Source: Centroscyllium fabricii
Taxonomy: Eukaryota
Assembly: GCA_051313645.2 (NCBI GenBank)
Contig: JBNRSN020000001.1
Span: forward strand, 595,448,001-595,512,000
Reading direction: 5' to 3'
Length of the DNA stretch: 64,000 nt
Shown here: positions 39,945 through 51,611 of the stretch, piece by piece
How the letters are laid out: the number at the start of each line of letters is the position of its first letter
Numbering within the stretch: position 1 is the stretch's first letter
The notes under the pieces: generated by a model
What the model saw: the letters and a program-made list of their open reading frames with translations, nothing else
What the model was told of the DNA's origin: nothing
The model's database searches: none
Made by a program: the position numbers and the translations under genes

Positions 39945-40327
39945 CATAGAACCATAGAAACTAGGAGCAGGAGTAGGCCAACCGGCCCTTCGAGCCTGCT
40001 CCGCCATTCAATGAGATCATGGCTGATCATCCAAACCCAGTACCCCGCCCCTGCCCTCTCCCGATATCCCTATCGAGCCTGCATCGACACATATCCCATC
40101 CTATCCCCGTAACCCCACATATTCAATCCCCCTAACACTAAGGGTCAATTTATCATGGCCAATCAACCTAACTCGCACATTTTGGGACTGTGGGAGGAAA
40201 CCGGAAACCCACGCAGACACGGGTAGAATGTGCAAACTCCACACAGATAGTACCCGAGGCTGGATTTGAACCCAGGTCTCCAGTGCTGTGAGACAACAGT
40301 GCTAACCACTGTGCCACCGTGCCGCCC
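39945..40327 (-). mobile_element. HE1-type V-SINE, full length; TSD ATGAAA
   Basis: tRNA-like head GGGCGGCACGGTGGCACAGTGGTTAGCAC, V core tgtgtggagtttgcacattct, CR1-derived tail. ATGAAA at 39939-39944 and 40328-40333. Confidence 0.9.
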
Positions 40328-41076
40328 ATGAAAGGGAAATTATGATTGACAAATTTATTAGAGTTTTTTGCGGATGTAGCTAGCAGGGTAGAAAAAGAGG
40401 AACTAGTAGATGTATTATATTTGTATTCTCAAAAAGCATTCGATAAGGTGCCACCAAGAGATTATTGCACAAAATTAGGGTTCATGGGACTGGGGCTAAT
40501 ATATCAGCATTGATTGAGAATTGGTTAACTGACAGAAAACAGAGAGTAGGAATAAACGGGTAATTTTCAGGTTGTAACTAGTGGGGTACCACAGGGATCA
40601 GTGCTTGGGCCTCAGGTATTTACAATCTCCATCAATGACTCAGATGAGGGAACCAAGCACAATGTATCCAAGTTTGCAGATGATACAAAGTTGGGTGGGA
40701 AAATAAACTGAGGAGGACGCAAAGAGACTAGAGATAGGTTAAGTGAGTGGGCAAGAACATGGAAGTTGGAATATAATGTGGAGAAGTGTGAAGTTATCCA
40801 CTTTGATAGGAAAAATAGAAAAGCAGAATATTTTTTAAATGGAGAGACTGGGGAATGTCGGTATTCAGAGAAACTTGGGTGTCCTTGTACATGCATCACA
40901 AAGTTAACATGCAGGTGCAGAAAGCAATTAAGAAAGCAAATGGTATGTTAGGCTTTATTACAAAGGGATTGAAGTACAAGATTAAAGAAGTCTTTCTGCA
41001 TTTATGTAGAGCCATGGTGAGACCACACCTGGAATACTGTGTACAATTTTGGTTCCATTACCTAGGGAAGGATATA

Positions 41077-41346
41077 CAGGTTGAGCATCGTTAATCCGAT
41101 ACGGTCGTGACCAGGCCCGTGCCGGAAAAGTGAAAACTCCGAATGATTGAAGCTTCGGCGAGCACATGTGCAGACTATTCAAAATGGCTGCCATGAAAGG
41201 CCGGCGGCCATTTTAAATGGTATGCACATGCGCTCATCGTTCAGGAAGGCCCGGGCATGCGCAGCGGCCATTTTGCACATGCGCAGATCAGTCAGCCGGA
41301 TTTGTTCCGGACGACTGAAGTTGCCGGATTAATGGTGCTCAACCTG
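41077..41346. mobile_element. Tc1/mariner-pogo type MITE, TA TSD, inside a CR1
   Basis: ta|CAGGTTGAGCATCGTTAATCCG ... CGGATTAATGGTGCTCAACCTG|ta. Confidence 0.85.
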
Positions 41347-42826
41347 TACTTGCTTTGGAGAGAGTGCCACAAAGGTTCACTACACTGATTCCTGGGATGA
41401 GGAGATTTTCCTATGAGGAGAGATTGAGTAGACTCAGCCTGTGTTTCCTAGAGTTTAGAAGAATGAGAAGCAGCTTTATTGAAACATATAAAATTCTTAA
41501 AGGGCTTGACAGGGAGGATGTTTCCCCTGGCTGGGGAGGCTAGAAGTAGGGGTCATAGTTTCAGAATAAGGAGTTGGCCATTTAGGACTGAAATGAGGAG
41601 AATTGTCTTCATTCAAAGGGTTGTGAATCTTTAGAATTCTCTACTCAGTCATTGAGTCTATTCAAGATGGAGATCGATAGATTTTTGTATACTAAGGGAA
41701 TTAAGGGATATGGGAGTGGTGCGGGAAGGTAGAGTTGAGGTGAAAGATCAGCCACGATCTTATTAAATTGCGGAGCAGGCTCAAAGGGCCTACTCCTGCT
41801 CCTATTTCTTAAGTTCTTAAAACTATTCATGATTTTGAACATCTCTATCAAATGTCTCGTTAACCTTCTTTGCTTAAAGGAGAACAATCCCAGCTTCTCC
41901 ACATAACTTAACTTTCTCATCCCTGGCACTATTCTTGTAAATCTCCTCTGCACCCTCTCCAAGACCTTTACACCCTTCCTAAAGTGTGGTGCACAGAATT
42001 GAACACAGTACCAGCTGAGGCCTAACTAATGTTTTATAAAGGTTTATCATAACTTCCTTGCTTTTGTACTTCATTCCTCCATTAATAAAGCCAAGGTTCC
42101 CTTATGCCATCTTAACTTGTCCTGCCATCTTAAAGGATTTGTGTAGACACTAACAGATAAATGGGTCATTTTCAGGTTGGCAAACTCTAACTAGTGAGGT
42201 GCTACACGGATCAGTGTTGGGGCTTCAACTATTTATAATCTATATGAATTATGTGGATGAAGGAACAGTGTACTGTAGCCAAATTTGCTGATGACACAAA
42301 GATAGGTGGGAAAGCAAGTCGTGAGGAGGGCAGAGTCTTCAAAGGGATACAGATAGGTTAAGTGAGTGGGAAAAATTTTGGCAGATGGAGTATAATGTGG
42401 AGTTATCCACTTTGGTAGGAAGAATAGGAAAGCAAAATATTATTTAAATGGAGAGAGACTACAGAATGCTGCAGAACATGGGGGTCTGGGTGTCCTTGTA
42501 CATGAAACAAAAAGTTAGCATGTAGGTACAGCAAATAATTAGGAAGGCAAATGGAATGTTGGCCTTTATTGCAAGGGGTATGGAGTATAAAAGTGGGGAA
42601 GTCTTGCTACAGCTGTACAGGTCATTGGTGAGACCACACCTGGAGTACTGCGTACAGCTTTGGTCACCTTATTTAAGGAAGGATATACTTACATTGGAGG
42701 CAGTTCAGAGACGGTTCACTAGGTTGATTCCTGGGATGAAGGGGTTGTCTTATGAGGAAAGGTTGAGCAAGTTGGGCCTATACCCATTGGAGTTTAGAAG
42801 AATGAGAGGTGATCTTATTAAAACAT

Positions 42827-43570
42827 GTCTACCTCATACGTTGCAGGAAAGGATGCCCCGGAGCATGGTGCATCGGCAAGACCATGCAGACACTGCGACA
42901 ACAGATGAACGGACACAACAATCGTCAGGCAGGAGTGTTCCCTCCCAGTCGGGGAACACTTCAGCAGTCAAGGACATTCAGCCTCCAATCTTCGGGTAAG
43001 CATTCTCCAAGGTGGCCTTCGAGACACACAACGCAAAATAGTCGAGCAGAAACTGATAGCCAAGTTCCGCACTCATGAGGACGGTCTCAACCGGGATCTT
43101 GGCTTCATGTCACACTACATGTAACCCCACCTGACGTAGAGTCATCCAGACTCGAGTCGTCATTGGCTTGTTCTTGCTACACAGATGCGGCTGGACCTGC
43201 TGTGATTTCCAGCAAAACATTTTTATTTCATTTTATTTTTTACTGCTCGTCTGTTTTTTGTTTTTCATACAGCATGTGCAACATTTGACCTCTTGTGACC
43301 CCACCTCATTGTTCTTTGATGGAATGTCTTGCTGACTGACCTGTTTGGACACCATTTACACCTATGTTTGTGGTGATTATCTCTCTGCCGAGGTGTGATA
43401 AAGGGCAGTTAGAAAAATTACCTGTAATCATCTAGCATTGTTTTCTGACTATATATGCTGTGCCTATGTGCATCTCTTCACTTCACCTGACGAAGGAGCA
43501 GCGCTCCGAAAGCTTGTGATTTCAAATAAAACTGTTGGACTATAACCTGGTGTTGTGTGACTTCTTACAT
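42827..43570 (+). mobile_element. Penelope-like retroelement 3' fragment (GIY-YIG endonuclease); 12-bp TSD TTATTAAAACAT
   Basis: VYLIRCRKGCPGAWCIGKTMQTLRQQMNGH resembles a GIY-YIG motif. TSD at 42815-42826 and 43571-43582. Confidence 0.88.
43483..43519 (+). ncRNA. Minimal type I hammerhead ribozyme in the Penelope terminal repeat
   Basis: tcac-CTGACGA-a-GGAGC-agc-GCTCC-GAAA-gcTT-gtga: both catalytic boxes, stem II, stem I (tcac/gtga) and a palindromic AAGCTT stem III. Confidence 0.78.
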
Positions 43571-45342
43571 TTATTAAAACATAAGATTCTGAGGGGGTTT
43601 GACAGGGTAGATGCGGAGAGGATGTTTCCTCTCATGGGGTAATGTAGAACTAGGGGGTATAATTTCAGAATAAGGGGTCGCCCATTTAAGACAGAGATGA
43701 GGAGAAATTTCTTCAGAGGGTCGTGAATCTTTAGAATTCTCTACTTCAGAGAGCTGTGGAGGCTGAGTCATTGAATATATTCAAGGCTGAGAGACAGTTT
43801 ATTGAACTACAGGGAGTCGAGGGTTATGGGGAACAGGCAGAAAAGTGGAGTTGAGGCCAAGATCAGATTGGCCATGATCTTACTGAATAGCGAGGCAGGC
43901 TTGAGGGGCCAAATGACCTACTCCTGCTCCTATTTCTTATATATTTCTTATGTCTTTCTTCCTGCACCCCGTTTAAAATTGTACCATTTAGCTCATATTG
44001 CCTCTCCTCATTCTTCCGTCCAAAATGTATTATTTCACACTGCGTTAAATTTCTTCTGCCATGTGTCCACCCATTTTACTAGTCAGTGTTCTCCTGAAGA
44101 CTGTTACTGCCCTCCTCATTGTTTACTACAATTCTGAGTTTCTTCAAAACTCATTGGCCCAAAAATTAGCCTCGGAGGCTTACTTATCCTGCGCTCCTGC
44201 CGTTCTCCAATTCTGCGATGTGAAATCCCGATTTGGAGTGCTGCTCCAGGCCACAGGCGCCGTGCTGAGGCAACTCAGCGACGGAGTTAGTGGGAGAGCT
44301 CGCGCGGGACCACGTGGTCCGCAGGGAGCCAATGAATGGAAGGAATCCTCCATTCATAACTTTCACAGAGAGATCTGTGTAAGTTATGAAAAGGAAATGC
44401 CACAAAAACACATTGAACAGTAAAATAAATTTTTTAAAAACACATTTTTTAACATTACTATACTTTAAACAAAAAATAAAAATTTAATTTTTAAAAAAAG
44501 TTTTTAACTGCCCTAAAACTTACCTGTCTTTAAAGTTTAAAACAATTAAAAACCTGTTAAAAAAAACTTAAATTCTATAAAATAAAGACTTACCTGCTAA
44601 AAAGGGGTCGTTACGGCTGATATTTTCAGGCGTAAAATCTTCAATACTTACCCCGATAAAAAACTCAAAAAAATCGGAAGTGCACTGCGCACCTCCTGGT
44701 GCGCAGGCCAACGCGATTCAGCTCGTGACCCCCCGCTGGTCTTCTTCGGAATTGCAGGTATCCCAGGGAAATGGCGTCTACCTGAAATTCCAGGGCTGCA
44801 CGCGTGAGTACCCGTTCCGTACACATGCACTGCGGCCCCACAGTCATCGGAATTTCTGCCCCATTAACATTTTTTTTCTAATTTACTAACTTCCCTCTTT
44901 TAGTGATAATCCTGAGTCTAAGCCCCTTGTCACCAATTCTTCAGCCACTGGTAATGATCTTTCAACTAATTGCCCTCAAAACTTTCCATATTATTGAACA
45001 TTTGTTAGATTCTCCAATTTTTTCAGCCTTTCAACTGGAACCTTTAATTTTTAGCATCATACCAAGGAATCTTTGCTATGCTCGTTCCATCATTCCTACA
45101 GTGGGAGAATCCAGAATGACTTGGAGCTATTCAACATCATTTCATAACATTTGTATTCAATGCGCGAGTATACTTTCCCTTCAAAGGTATTCCAACCTTT
45201 AACGATCTATTGTAATGGAATGTTACAGACCCAATGCAGAGATGCTGATCCTCAACTTTAAGATCTTAGTTGGCTCATTTGATGAATTTGGCAAGGGTCC
45301 AGATGGCAAATTACTGAATGGACCTTCTCAACTGTGCCTGTG

Positions 45343-45750
45343 TATCAGCCTTGGCTTAGTTGGCTCACCTCAGAGTCTGGTCATGGGTTCAAGCTCCACT
45401 CCAGCACATAATCTCAGCTGACACTCTGGTGGAGTACTGAGGGAGTGCTGCAATGTCCGAGATGAAGGAGGTCTTTCCGTCTTTCAAATGGGACATTAAA
45501 CCGAGGTCCCATCTGCTCTCAGGTGGACTGAAGAGACCCCATGGCACTATTGGCAGAAGAGCAGGGAAGTTCACCTTGGCCAATAGTTATCGCTGAACCC
45601 ACATCAGTAAAACAGATGATCTCATTGCTGTTTGTGGGACCTTGCTGTGTGCATTTCCTATAATACAACAGTGCCGACACAATTGCCTGTAAAGGGCTTT
45701 GGGACATCCTGAGGTTGTGTAAGATTCTATATAAACACAAGTTCTTTTTT
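45343..45750 (+). mobile_element. DeuSINE (SacSINE1-like) with L2-type tail
   Basis: B box gggttcaagctcc; Deu core ccgtctttcaaatgggacattaaaccgaggtcccatctgctctcaggtgga...ccatggcactatt; tail gctttgggacatcctgagg. Confidence 0.78.
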
Positions 45751-47093
45751 TCTCCTTTGCAATAAAGCTGGCAACTGCGTGTAAAACTGGCTTCTCAGAT
45801 TCTACAAGAGGTGCAGTTTTTACATACATTGCCGATACAGGGTTTGAAAGTAGAAGATGTTGGATGGGCGATTTTGCTCAGAGATGGATGATGGTTAGAG
45901 TTGGGCTTTACTTTTCTTCCCATGGTCGATCATCTTCCTATGTCCACCAGTGGAAATATTGAAACCTATTTTACAAAATGAGATATTGTTGGCAGGCTGA
46001 TACCTGGGATGGCAGGAATGATGTATGAGGAGAGATTGAGTCGATTGGGCTTCTACTCCCTGGAGTTTAGAAGAAGGAGAGGGGATCTCATTGAAACTTA
46101 TAAAATTCTAACAAGACTGGACAGACTAGATGCAGGACGGACGTCCAGAACCAGGGGTCACAGTCTAAGGATAAGGGGTAAGCCATTAGGCCATTCGGCC
46201 CCTTGAGGCTGCTCCGCCATTCAATGAGATCATGGCTGATCATCCAAACTCAGTACCCTGTTCCTGCCTTCTCCCCATATCCCTTGATCCCTTTAGCCTT
46301 AAGAAATTTATCCAACTCCTTCTTGAATATATTTAATGAATTGGCTTCAACTGCCTTTTGTGGTAGAGAATTCCACAGGTTCACCACTCTCTGGGTGAAG
46401 AAATTCCTCCTCATCTCGGTCCTAAACTCAGTACCCAGTCCCTGCCTTCTCCCCATATCCCTTTAGCCTTAAGAAACACATCTAACTTGTTCTTGAATAT
46501 ATTTAATGAACTGGCCTCAACTGCCTTCTGTGGTAGAGAATTCCACAGGTTCACCATTCTCTGCGTTAAGAAATTCCTCCTCATCTCGGTCCTAAAGGGC
46601 GGCACGGTGGCATAGTGGTTAGCACTGTTGCCTTACAGCGCTAGAGACCCGGGTTCAAATCCGGCCTCGGGTGACTATCTGTGTGGAGTTTGCACATTCT
46701 CCCCGTGTCTGCGTGGGTTTCCTCCGGGTGCTCCGGTTTCCTCCCACAGTCCAAAGATGTGCGGGTTAGGTTGATTAGCCATGATAAATTGACCCTTAGT
46801 GTTAGGGGGATTGAATATGTGGGGTTACGGGGATAGGGTGGGATATGTGTCGGTGCAGGCTCGGTAGGGATCGAGGGATATCGGGACAAGGCAGGGACAG
46901 TGTGCTGAGTTTGGATGATCAGCCATGATCTTGGTGAAACGCTTACAAAAGTATATTTAATTTTATTTATTTATTTATTTAAGAGAGTGTAAGTTAAAAA
47001 TAAATTAAATTTATTCAGTTGAACTTATTTAGTAGAAAAACAGGAAGTTGAAGCACGATTTAAAAAGGGGCGGGGCTTAGTGCGGCGTGCACG

Positions 47094-47373
47094 GAGTGCG
47101 GAGGGCATAGAGTGCTAACGAGAGTGCGGAGGGCATAGAGTGCTAACGAGAGTGCGGAGGGCATAGAGTGCTAACGAGAGTGCGGAGGGCATAGAGTGCT
47201 AACGAGAGTGCGGAGGGCATAGAGTGCTAACGAGAGTGCGGAGGGCATAGAGTGCTAACGAGAGTGCGGCGGGCATAGAGTGCTAACGAGAGTGCGGAGG
47301 GCATAGAGTGCTAACGAGAGTGCGGAGGGCATAGAGTGCTAACGAGAGTGCGGAGGGCATAGAGTGCTAACGA
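47094..47373 (+). repeat. 10 x 28-bp tandem repeat in the CR1 5' UTR
   Basis: Unit GAGTGCGGAGGGCATAGAGTGCTAACGA; only one variant base (47270). Confidence 0.95.
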
Positions 47374-47667
47374 GAGTTTGGTTAGTGGGAGAGTTCGGGC
47401 AAGTGGGAGGTGAGGGGGGTGCTTCTCTGTCTTTGCTTCTGTCCCAACTCTTAGGTTCGGCTAGCGCCGCAGAAGAGGAGCGGCAGGGAAATTGGAAGAA
47501 GGTTGGTAATCAGCTTGTTGGTAAGTACTCTTGCTTCCCTTTTACTCTTTATACCTCATAGGTGGAAAATGCTCTTAAATAGAGTGATATTTAGCTATAT
47601 TGGGGCAAAGGTTTTTTTTTTTCCCTTTTGCGTAGCTAATAATAATAAGTATAATTAAATATATAGA

Positions 47668-48622
47668 ATGGGTGAGCAGGTGATGTGTTACTGCTGTGAG
47701 ATGTGGGAGTTCGTGGACACCATTGATGCTCGCGGTGACTACATTTGCAGCAAGTGTTTGTTGCTCGAGGAACTCCGGCTTCGTGTTGATGAGCTGCAGT
47801 CCGAGCTTCAGACACTGCGACACATCAGGGAGGGGGCGAGTTACCTGGACTTTGTGTTGCAGGAGATAGCCACACTAAATAGATTAATTAACTTAAATGT
47901 AGATCATGGCCAGGGACAGGATGGTGTGACTATAAGTGAGGCAGGTACGGGAATCCAGGAGGTAGTGTTGGAGGAGCCGCAGACCTTGCTCTTGTCCAAC
48001 AGGTTTGAGGCTCTTACTCCCTGTGAGGGCGGGAGCGGGGACTGTGGAGAGGATGAGCAACCTGGCCACAGCACCGTGGAGCGGGGGGCCATTCAAGAGG
48101 GGGGAGTTAATAGAAATGTTGTAGTGGTAGGGGACAGTATCATCAAGGGGATAGATAGGGTTCTATGCAACCGAGAGCGGGAGTCCCGAAGGCTGTGTTG
48201 CCTGCCCGGTGCCAGGGTTAAGGACATCTCTTCTGGGCTGGAGAGAAACTTGCAGTGGGAGGGTGAGGATCCAGTTGTCCTGGTACATGTTGGTACCAAC
48301 GACATAGATAAGACAAGGAAGAAGGTTCTGTTACAGGAGTATGAGCAGCTAGGGGTCAAACTAAAAAACAGAACCTCAAGGGTAATAATATCTGGGTTAT
48401 TACCTGAGCCACGAGCGAATTTGGCTAGGGTAAATAAAATTAGGGAGTTAAATGCGTGGCTCAAAGACTGGTGTGGGAGAATTGGGTTTTGCTTCTTGGG
48501 ACACTGGCACCAGTACTGGGACAGGAGAGAACTGTTTCGGCGGGACGGGCTTCACCTGAACCGGGCTGGGACCAGTGTCCTGGCGAATCGTATAACTAAG
48601 GCTGTAGAGAGGGCTTTAAAAC
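47668..48622 (+). CDS. CR1 ORF1p: zinc finger, leucine zipper and SGNH esterase domain (reads on into ORF2 in this copy)
   Basis: CYCC..CSKC; LEELRLRVDELQSELQTL; GDSI, LPGA, HVGTND and DGLH blocks. Confidence 0.9.
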
Positions 48623-51611
48623 GAATTAGTGGGGGGGAGGTTTCTAGAGGGCAAATAAATAAAATGACACTGGAGAAGGTAATGGACATAGGTAACAACG
48701 GGGCAATTAACAGACAGTGTGTGTCAGGAAAGGAAAGAATGTATGGAGATAAAGGTAAAGTTGAAAAAAGGGAAAAAGCAGGAATGAAGTGTCAGACATA
48801 TTTGAAAGTCCTTTATTTGAATGCACGTAGTATTCGTAATAAAATGGACGAGTTGACGGCACAAATAGTTACATATGGGTATGATCTTGTGGCAGTTACG
48901 GAGACATGGCTACAGGGTGACCAGGACTGGGAATTAAACATACAAGGGTATTTAACGATTAGGAGGGACAAGCGGGAAGGAAGGGGAGGTGGGGTGGCTA
49001 TGTTAGTAAGGCAAGGTATCACGGCAATACAGCGGAATGATATTGGCTCAGAGGATCAAGATGGTGAAACAGTTTGGGTGGAAATAAGAAATAATAAAGG
49101 GAAAAAAACACTGGTGGGCGTAGTCTATAGGCCTCCAGACAGTTGTAACACAGTTGGTCGGAGTATAAATCAGGAAATAGTTGGGGCTTGTAATAAGGGA
49201 ACAGCTATAATTATGGGCGATTTTACTTTCATATTGACTGGACAAATCAAGTTGGACAGGGCAGCCTTGAGGAAGAGTTCATTGAGTGTATTAGGGATGG
49301 GTTCCTTGAACAGTACGTAACTGAACCGACCAGGGGGCAAGCAATCTTGGATCTGGTCCTGTGTAATGAGACAGGATTAATTAAAAATGTCCCAGTAAAG
49401 GATCCCCTTGGAAAGAGTGACCATAACATGGTCGAATTCCAAATTCAATTAGAGGGTGAGAGGGTTGGATCTCAAACAAGGGTACTGAGCTTAAATAAAG
49501 GAGACTATGATGGTATGAGAGCAGAATTGATTAAGGTGGACTGGGGAAACAGATTAAAGGGTAAGACGGTACATGATCAGTGGTGTGTATTCAAGGAGTT
49601 ATTTTATAACTTTCAAGAAAAATATATTCCACTGAGGAATAAGGGGTGTAAAAGAAAAAACAACTATCCGTGGCTAAGTAAAGTAATAAAGGAGAGTATC
49701 CGACTAAAAACAAGGTTATATAAGGTAGCTAAATCTAGTGGGAAGATAGAAGATAGGGAAGCTTTTAAATGTCAGCAAAAGATAACAAAAAGATTGATTA
49801 GGAAAGGGAAGATAGATTATGAAAGTAAATTAGCAAAAAATATAAAAACAGATAGCAAGAGTTTCTATAGTTACATAAAAAGAAAACGGGTGGCTAAAGT
49901 AAATGTTGGTCCTTTAGAGGATGAGACCGGGAAATTAATGGTAGGAGACATGGAGATGGCAAAAGCGCTGAACAAATATTTTGTATCAGTCTTTACAGTG
50001 GAGGACACTCAAAATATCCCATCATTGGATAAACAGGTGGCTCTAGGGGGGGAGGAGCTAATTACAATTAAAGTAACTAAGGAGGTGGTACTCGGGAAAA
50101 TGATGGGACTTAAGGAGGATAAATCCCCTGGACCTGATGGCTTACATCCTAGGGTCTTGAAGGAAGTGGCGGTAGGGATTGTGGATGCGTTGGTAATAAT
50201 TTTTCAAAACTCACTGGACTCGGCAAAGGTTCCGGCAGATTGGAAAACTGCTAACGTAACGCCCTTATTTAAAAAGGGTAATAGACAGAAGGCTGGAAAT
50301 TATAGACCAGTTAGCCTAACATCTGTGGTTGGCAAAATGTTAGAATCTATTATTAAGGAAACAGTAACAGGGCATTTGGATAAACACCATTTAATAGGAC
50401 AAAGTCAGCATGGTTTTACAAAGGGGAAGTCATGTTTGACAAATTTGCTAGAGTTCTTTGAGGACATAAAATATAGGGTGGATAAAGGGGAACCAGTGGA
50501 TGTGGTGTATTTGGACTTCCAAAAGGCATTTGACAAGGTGCCCCACAGAAGATTATTACTCAAGATAAAAAATCACGGGGTTGGGGGTAATATTCTGGCA
50601 TGGGTGGAGGATTGGCTTTCTAACAGAAAACAGAGAGTTGGGATAAATGGTTCGTTCTCAGACTGGCAGTCAGTCATTAGTGGTGTCCCGCAAGGGTCGG
50701 TGCTGGGACCCCAACTCTTTACAATCTATATTAACGATTTGGAAGAAGGGACCAAGTGCAACATATCAAAGTTTGCGGATGACACAAAGATGGGAGGGAG
50801 GGTGATGAATGAGGAGGACATTAAAAACCTGCAAAAGGACACAGAGAGGCTAAGTGAGTGGGCAGAGATTTGGCAGATGGAGTATAATACTGGAAAATGT
50901 GAAGTTATGCACTTTGGCAGGAAAAATAATAGAGCGAGTTATTATCTAAATGGAAAGGAACAGGAAAGTACTTCAGTGCAAAGGGATCTGGGGGTCCTGG
51001 TGCAGGAAACACAAAAAGTTAATATGCAGTTGCAGCAGGTGGTAAGGAAGGCCAACGGAATGTTGACTTTTATTGCTAAGGGGATTGAGTATAAAAGCAG
51101 GGAGGTCTTGCTGCAGTTGTACAGGGTATTGGTGAGACCACACCTGGAATACTGCGTGCAGTTCTGGTGTCCCTATTTAAGAAAGGACATACTTGCTCTC
51201 GAGGCAGTGCAGAGAAGGTTCACTAGGTTAATTCCGGGGATGAGGGGGCTAACATATGACGAGAGGCTGAGTAGATTGGGCCTCTACTCATTGGAGTTTA
51301 GAAGAATGAGAGGCGATCTTATTGAAACATATAAGATTGTGAGAGGGCTTGATCGGGTGGATGCGGTGAGGATGTTCCCAATGGTGGGTGAGACTAGGAC
51401 TAGGGGGCATAATCTTAAAATAAGGGGCTGCCATTTCAAAACTGAGATGAGGGGGAACTTCTTTACTCAGAGGGTGGTGGGGCTGTGGAATTTGCTGCCC
51501 CAGAGAGCTGTGGAAGCTACTACGTTGAATAAATTTAAAACTGAGATAGACAGTTTCCTGGAATTAAAGGAAATTAGGGGTTATGGTGAGCGGGCTGGTA
51601 AGTGGACGTGA
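48623..51611 (+). CDS. CR1 ORF2p: APE endonuclease plus reverse transcriptase; single 1-nt deletion near 49224
   Basis: LNARS, VTETW, YRPP, MGDF and SDH (EN); KSPGPDG, YRPVSL, QHGF, DFQKAFD, PQGS and FADD (RT). No nonsense codons apart from the frameshift. Confidence 0.9.

Larger units (their letters stand above)
38172..41816 (+). mobile_element. Long degenerate CR1 (ORF1 end, EN, RT, tail), interrupted by a SINE and a MITE
   Basis: LYLNA, ITEAWL and MGDF endonuclease motifs; RT motifs; many indels. Confidence 0.85.
42150..43950 (+). mobile_element. CR1 LINE 3' fragment split by a Penelope insertion
   Basis: RT C-terminal motifs continue across 42826/43571. Confidence 0.85.

Noticed and set aside
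46597-46670. tRNA gene
   Set aside because: It is the tRNA-derived head of an HE1/V-SINE, continuing into the V core and CR1 tail; the same applies at about 40255-40327.
47094-47373. CRISPR-like 28-bp repeats
   Set aside because: Head-to-tail units with no unique spacers, in a eukaryotic LINE 5' UTR, with no cas genes.
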